A stretch of DNA of 10,550 bases, taken from NCBI GenBank assembly GCA_048939015.1, contig JBHLPW010000103.1:1-10550 (forward strand), written 5' to 3'. This document shows positions 7,468-10,550 of this stretch, piece by piece; the first letter of the stretch is position 1; the number at the start of each line of letters is the position of its first letter. The DNA is from Promethearchaeota archaeon (GTDB lineage: Archaea > Asgardarchaeota > Lokiarchaeia > Sigyniarchaeales > SOKP01). The notes beneath the pieces were generated by a model. The model saw only the letters and a list, made by a program, of their open reading frames with translations, was not told the DNA's origin and did no database searches. The translations under genes were made by a program, and so were the position numbers.

Positions 7468-8175
7468 ATGCTCGATAAAAAAAAGAAAAGGAAGTTATTG
7501 TTAAAATTACTATTATCAATTTTTGCATCAGGGATTGTTCTTTCTTTGTTTTTCATTCTCCCTCACTATTTGGACGTATCGAATTATAGATCAACCAATG
7601 ATTTGATTATTGAACATAATGAAGGATTTAGTGGTGTGAATATAGATTTTCGAATGTCTCATAGAATTGGAAATTCATTTGATACTCTGTTAATTTATCA
7701 AACAATTTCTTCAGCTGATATTGAAGAAATTGGTATAACAGATATTACATATGATATATATAGAGATGAGGATCTCATTTGGATTGATGATCTGGATTTT
7801 TCTGAACCTATGATGTATGTGGATAGATCCTTAATTTTGCAAAATATTGGTTTATATAATAATATTACATGTATAGGTACAATAAAAGCGCAATTTAATG
7901 TTGAAGGTACATCCCAAGAAGAAACTTTTGATTTTGTTCTAAGTATTTTTATGCCTGTCAATCCGCATGAAATAAGAAGCACATATTTGTTGAATTCAAT
8001 ATGGATTTACACGGGACTCGGTTTTGGATTGTTGGTCCTAATTGGATTAATTTATAGAACAACCAATGAATGGAGACGAGAAATCAAATACTCAGACGAG
8101 GAAATAAAAAAAGATCGGGACTATTTTGACTACATCTCATACAAAGTAAAGGAAAACAAAAAGAAATCAACTTAA
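7468..8175 (+). CDS. Hypothetical membrane-anchored protein; paralog 2 (tandem duplicate)
   Basis: 235-aa ORF with the same topology. It is about 50% identical to paralog 1 over about 205 aa by hand count (shared ASGIVL, TISSA.EEIGIT, CIG.I.AQFNVEG, FVLSI.MPVNP.EIR, EIKKD). Confidence 0.88.
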   Translation: MLDKKKKRKLLLKLLLSIFASGIVLSLFFILPHYLDVSNYRSTNDLIIEHNEGFSGVNIDFRMSHRIGNSFDTLLIYQTISSADIEEIGITDITYDIYRDEDLIWIDDLDFSEPMMYVDRSLILQNIGLYNNITCIGTIKAQFNVEGTSQEETFDFVLSIFMPVNPHEIRSTYLLNSIWIYTGLGFGLLVLIGLIYRTTNEWRREIKYSDEEIKKDRDYFDYISYKVKENKKKST

Positions 8176-8333
8176 ACAAGACTTAGGCCACTCTAATTCT
8201 AATTTTTTAACGAAAAAATAAAAATATTTTTCATTAATCTCTTTCTCTTACATAAAAGAAGATATCAATAGTAAATTGTAATTAAAAATTGCTTTTACAG
8301 CATTAAAATAAAAAAAAATAGGATTTATTGATT

Positions 8334-9428
8334 TTAAATTTTTATAATTATATTTCTTTTAGCTAAGAGCATTGCAATTCCAGCTTCAATAGCAATAGGT
8401 AGAATGCCAATTAAGAGCATTGTGAGTAATGGATTATCTATTAAGAAATCTTTGGGAAAAATCTGAACGTATTGATCAAAAATAAAAGCTAATATGAATA
8501 AGAGTAATAGATTTCTTCCCATCTCACTTAAGATAGGCACCTTAAAATTCATTTTCTGAAAGCTATAAAAAACGGCAATTAAAAAACCTGATGCTGCTAT
8601 TGCTAACAGGGCTAAAGAAGTGGTAGCGTCATGATGTTCTGCAGGTTGAATCCAATCAAAACAATAAAAAGCTAGAATTGAAATAGTTGCTGCTGGTAAA
8701 ATTCTTTTTTTAAATCCTACAGCAGGATCATTAGGATCCATTTTATACCATTGACAAAAGCATGTCCCTGCTATAGCAATTGCCGCATGGTTGAGAGCAT
8801 TCCATGGGAATACTATTGTTCCCGTTGAGGGACTATGTTGATCAAACACACTGGGAAATGCATATAGAACAGCATGTATTACAAGAATACCTATACTAAC
8901 TATAATTCTTTTATCTGCTTCTTTTGGAATTAAATAAACGGCAAGATATGCAAAAAAAGATCCAATCGCCAGATTAGCTAAAGTTCCATACCATAGTACT
9001 TCATTCCATGGGATCTCGCCATTAGCAACCAATCCTCCAATTAAACCATCATCTAAGAAGGCTAACCCGTATAAAACTGCAACCCGTATAATAGCATGTT
9101 TCCAAGCTGCTTTTACACCTTTCTTCTCTCTTCTACTAGTAAATGCGAGATAAGCCCCTAAACCTAAAACAAACATAAATATTTGCTGTCCAATGTCAAT
9201 TATAGTTATCAATGCGGGATACCCATTAAGATATCGAAATCCATGATTTAATAATGGAGGACCTATTGGTGGATCAATTGTACTCATTGGATCACCTGAA
9301 AGTGGCCATGTTATTACCGAAATAATAAGGAAAATGATTATCATTCCTCTGAATTGATCTAACCATTGCCATCTCTCGTGAAGACCTTTTTTTCTCTCTG
9401 GTTTAACTTCAATAGCTTCTTCTGACAT
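8334..9428 (-). CDS. Transmembrane acyltransferase of the HGSNAT (heparan-alpha-glucosaminide N-acetyltransferase)/DUF5009/COG4299-like family
   Basis: The N-terminal ERWQWLDQFRGMIIIFLI matches the R-x-x-(S)LD-x-FRG signature. LNHGFRYLNG...IIDIGQQIFMFVLG matches the catalytic-His...D-x5-F-x-F-x-x-G pattern. Later motifs include IIRVAVLY, YGTLANLAIG and LSEMGRNLLLLFI, with about 10 TM helices. The substrate is unknown. Confidence 0.8.
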   Translation of the reverse strand: MSEEAIEVKPERKKGLHERWQWLDQFRGMIIIFLIISVITWPLSGDPMSTIDPPIGPPLLNHGFRYLNGYPALITIIDIGQQIFMFVLGLGAYLAFTSRREKKGVKAAWKHAIIRVAVLYGLAFLDDGLIGGLVANGEIPWNEVLWYGTLANLAIGSFFAYLAVYLIPKEADKRIIVSIGILVIHAVLYAFPSVFDQHSPSTGTIVFPWNALNHAAIAIAGTCFCQWYKMDPNDPAVGFKKRILPAATISILAFYCFDWIQPAEHHDATTSLALLAIAASGFLIAVFYSFQKMNFKVPILSEMGRNLLLLFILAFIFDQYVQIFPKDFLIDNPLLTMLLIGILPIAIEAGIAMLLAKRNIIIKI

Positions 9429-9878
9429 TTTTTTTTCACTTCATTTATAGTTTTAATTTTCTTTTTATTTAGATAAAAATGTAATAAAAAAAAATCGACT
9501 TTTAAGAATATAAATGTTAATTATTGTTGCTAAAAAGATATAATTATAATTTTGCAAGGGATCTTTCTATTGGCATACTACCAACATAAAGAACCTCGAA
9601 AATATAAGGAGAAATCAGAATTCTGTTTTTAAAACACGATATTTTTACTTTTCCATATTTTAATGAATCTTTTGAAATCTTCTACAGAAATTCCCAAATT
9701 ATTCATATTCTTTTTTTTCTTGTTTTTATTGCGTGGTTTGGTTTTTAATTCCAATTCCCAATCATAATATGATTTTGTCACAAGAATATGATTTAGAATT
9801 TCTTAAATAAATTCATAGAGTCCGACAAATTTCAGAAAAAGAAGTATTGCTAATCGACTGACTAAAGATAAAACTATA

Positions 9879-10358
9879 TTATTCTATATCGATACCACAT
9901 ATAGGACAAATTTTTGCAGTTTCTTCTATTCTATTTCCACAATATTTGCAATATTTAAGTTTGATACCTTGAATAATATTTGGTTTTCCAGGTATTTCAT
10001 GTTTAATAGAAGGTCCTACTGTTTGAAGTAATGAAAACAAATGAGAGAATAGCCCATCATACCAAGATTGCTTTAATTTATCAACTCTAAATATATTACG
10101 TGCAAGTGGTGTAGCTTCGACTCTTATTAGTGTTTGGTTTCCTTCTAAAGTATAAAAATTAATCATAATTCTTTTTTTCCAATTTGGATCATGACCAGTA
10201 TTTGTCATCATAGTCCCTTGTTTTGCTTCAATAAATAATGGAGGGTTCGATGTTTTGATTTTTGACTTATACTGACCATTTAACCATTGTATTGTAAGAT
10301 CAAATGCTTTTTGAGCATCAATTGGAAGTTTTTCTTCATACACAACATTTATTTTCAT
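9879..10358 (-). CDS. Hypothetical protein with a C-terminal zinc ribbon (CxxC-x10-CxxC)
   Basis: The C-terminus is YCKYCGNRIEETAKICPICG, preceded by an alpha/beta domain. The ATG at 10358 (MKINVV) is preferred to the track's TTG at 10376. Confidence 0.85.
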   Translation of the reverse strand: MKINVVYEEKLPIDAQKAFDLTIQWLNGQYKSKIKTSNPPLFIEAKQGTMMTNTGHDPNWKKRIMINFYTLEGNQTLIRVEATPLARNIFRVDKLKQSWYDGLFSHLFSLLQTVGPSIKHEIPGKPNIIQGIKLKYCKYCGNRIEETAKICPICGIDIE

Positions 10359-10441
10359 AATTATAATGTAAAACAACTACTAAATTAATGTAACTGTTTT
10401 CTTGAATAACCCTAAAATTTTAGATAATTTTAGGTAATTAG

Positions 10442-10550
10442 TCAATAATATGGATAATAAAAAGGATAAAAAACTGAAGGGAAAACTCCTGGGATATATA
10501 TAAAAATCATTAATAGTTGAATCAAAATACCTGGAATTAAAGAGCGCCGA
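10442..10550 (-). CDS. Probable 3' end of a membrane-protein gene entering from the right edge
   Basis: The frame from 10549 reads RRSLIPGILIQLLMIFIYIPGVFPSVFYPFYYPYY to a stop (TGA 10444-10442), giving a TM helix and a Tyr/Pro tail. A second frame also stays open until about 10380, so the frame is uncertain. Confidence 0.4.
   Translation of the reverse strand, partial: RRSLIPGILIQLLMIFIYIPGVFPSVFYPFYYPYY

Noticed and set aside
7698-7982. 94-aa minus-strand ORF from the track
   Set aside because: It is antisense to paralog 2, whose frame is validated by homology to paralog 1.
6470-8175. Diversity-generating retroelement template/variable repeat pair between the paralogs
   Set aside because: Differences are spread over the whole gene and are not adenine-specific, and no reverse transcriptase is present.
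1-10550. CRISPR array, tRNA or rRNA genes
   Set aside because: I saw no regularly spaced repeats, cloverleaf or rRNA-like conserved sequence.

Overview
Very AT-rich archaeal-looking DNA. I infer Asgard archaea (Promethearchaeota/Lokiarchaeia-like) from a longin/roadblock-type ORF, a Loki-style FN3 module, zinc-ribbon proteins, TATA-box promoters and oligo-T gene ends. Gene order: the 5' part of a longin-like gene (minus strand, missed by the ORF track), an EamA/DMT transporter, an 1104-aa UPF0182-family membrane protein with extra domains, a 34-aa hydrophobic small ORF (missed by the track), a 4-TM hypothetical, two tandem paralogous 2-TM proteins, an HGSNAT/DUF5009-like transmembrane acyltransferase, a zinc-ribbon protein and probably the 3' end of another gene. 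The main discovery is an unannotated, highly structured plus-strand non-coding RNA of about 345 nt at about 5998-6342. It has its own TATA box, a trunk of five to six nested long-range helices and a six-way junction. It also has GNRA and C(UAAC)G tetraloops, strongly one-sided G-U pairing and a possible kissing-loop pair, and I cannot match it to RNase P, SRP, tRNA, rRNA or an intron. A second candidate system is the small membrane-peptide ORF at 5170-5274, whose ribosome-binding site and start codon can pair with the sequence at and after its own stop codon, as in bacterial type I toxin mRNAs. All structures were derived by hand; no folding program or database search was run.
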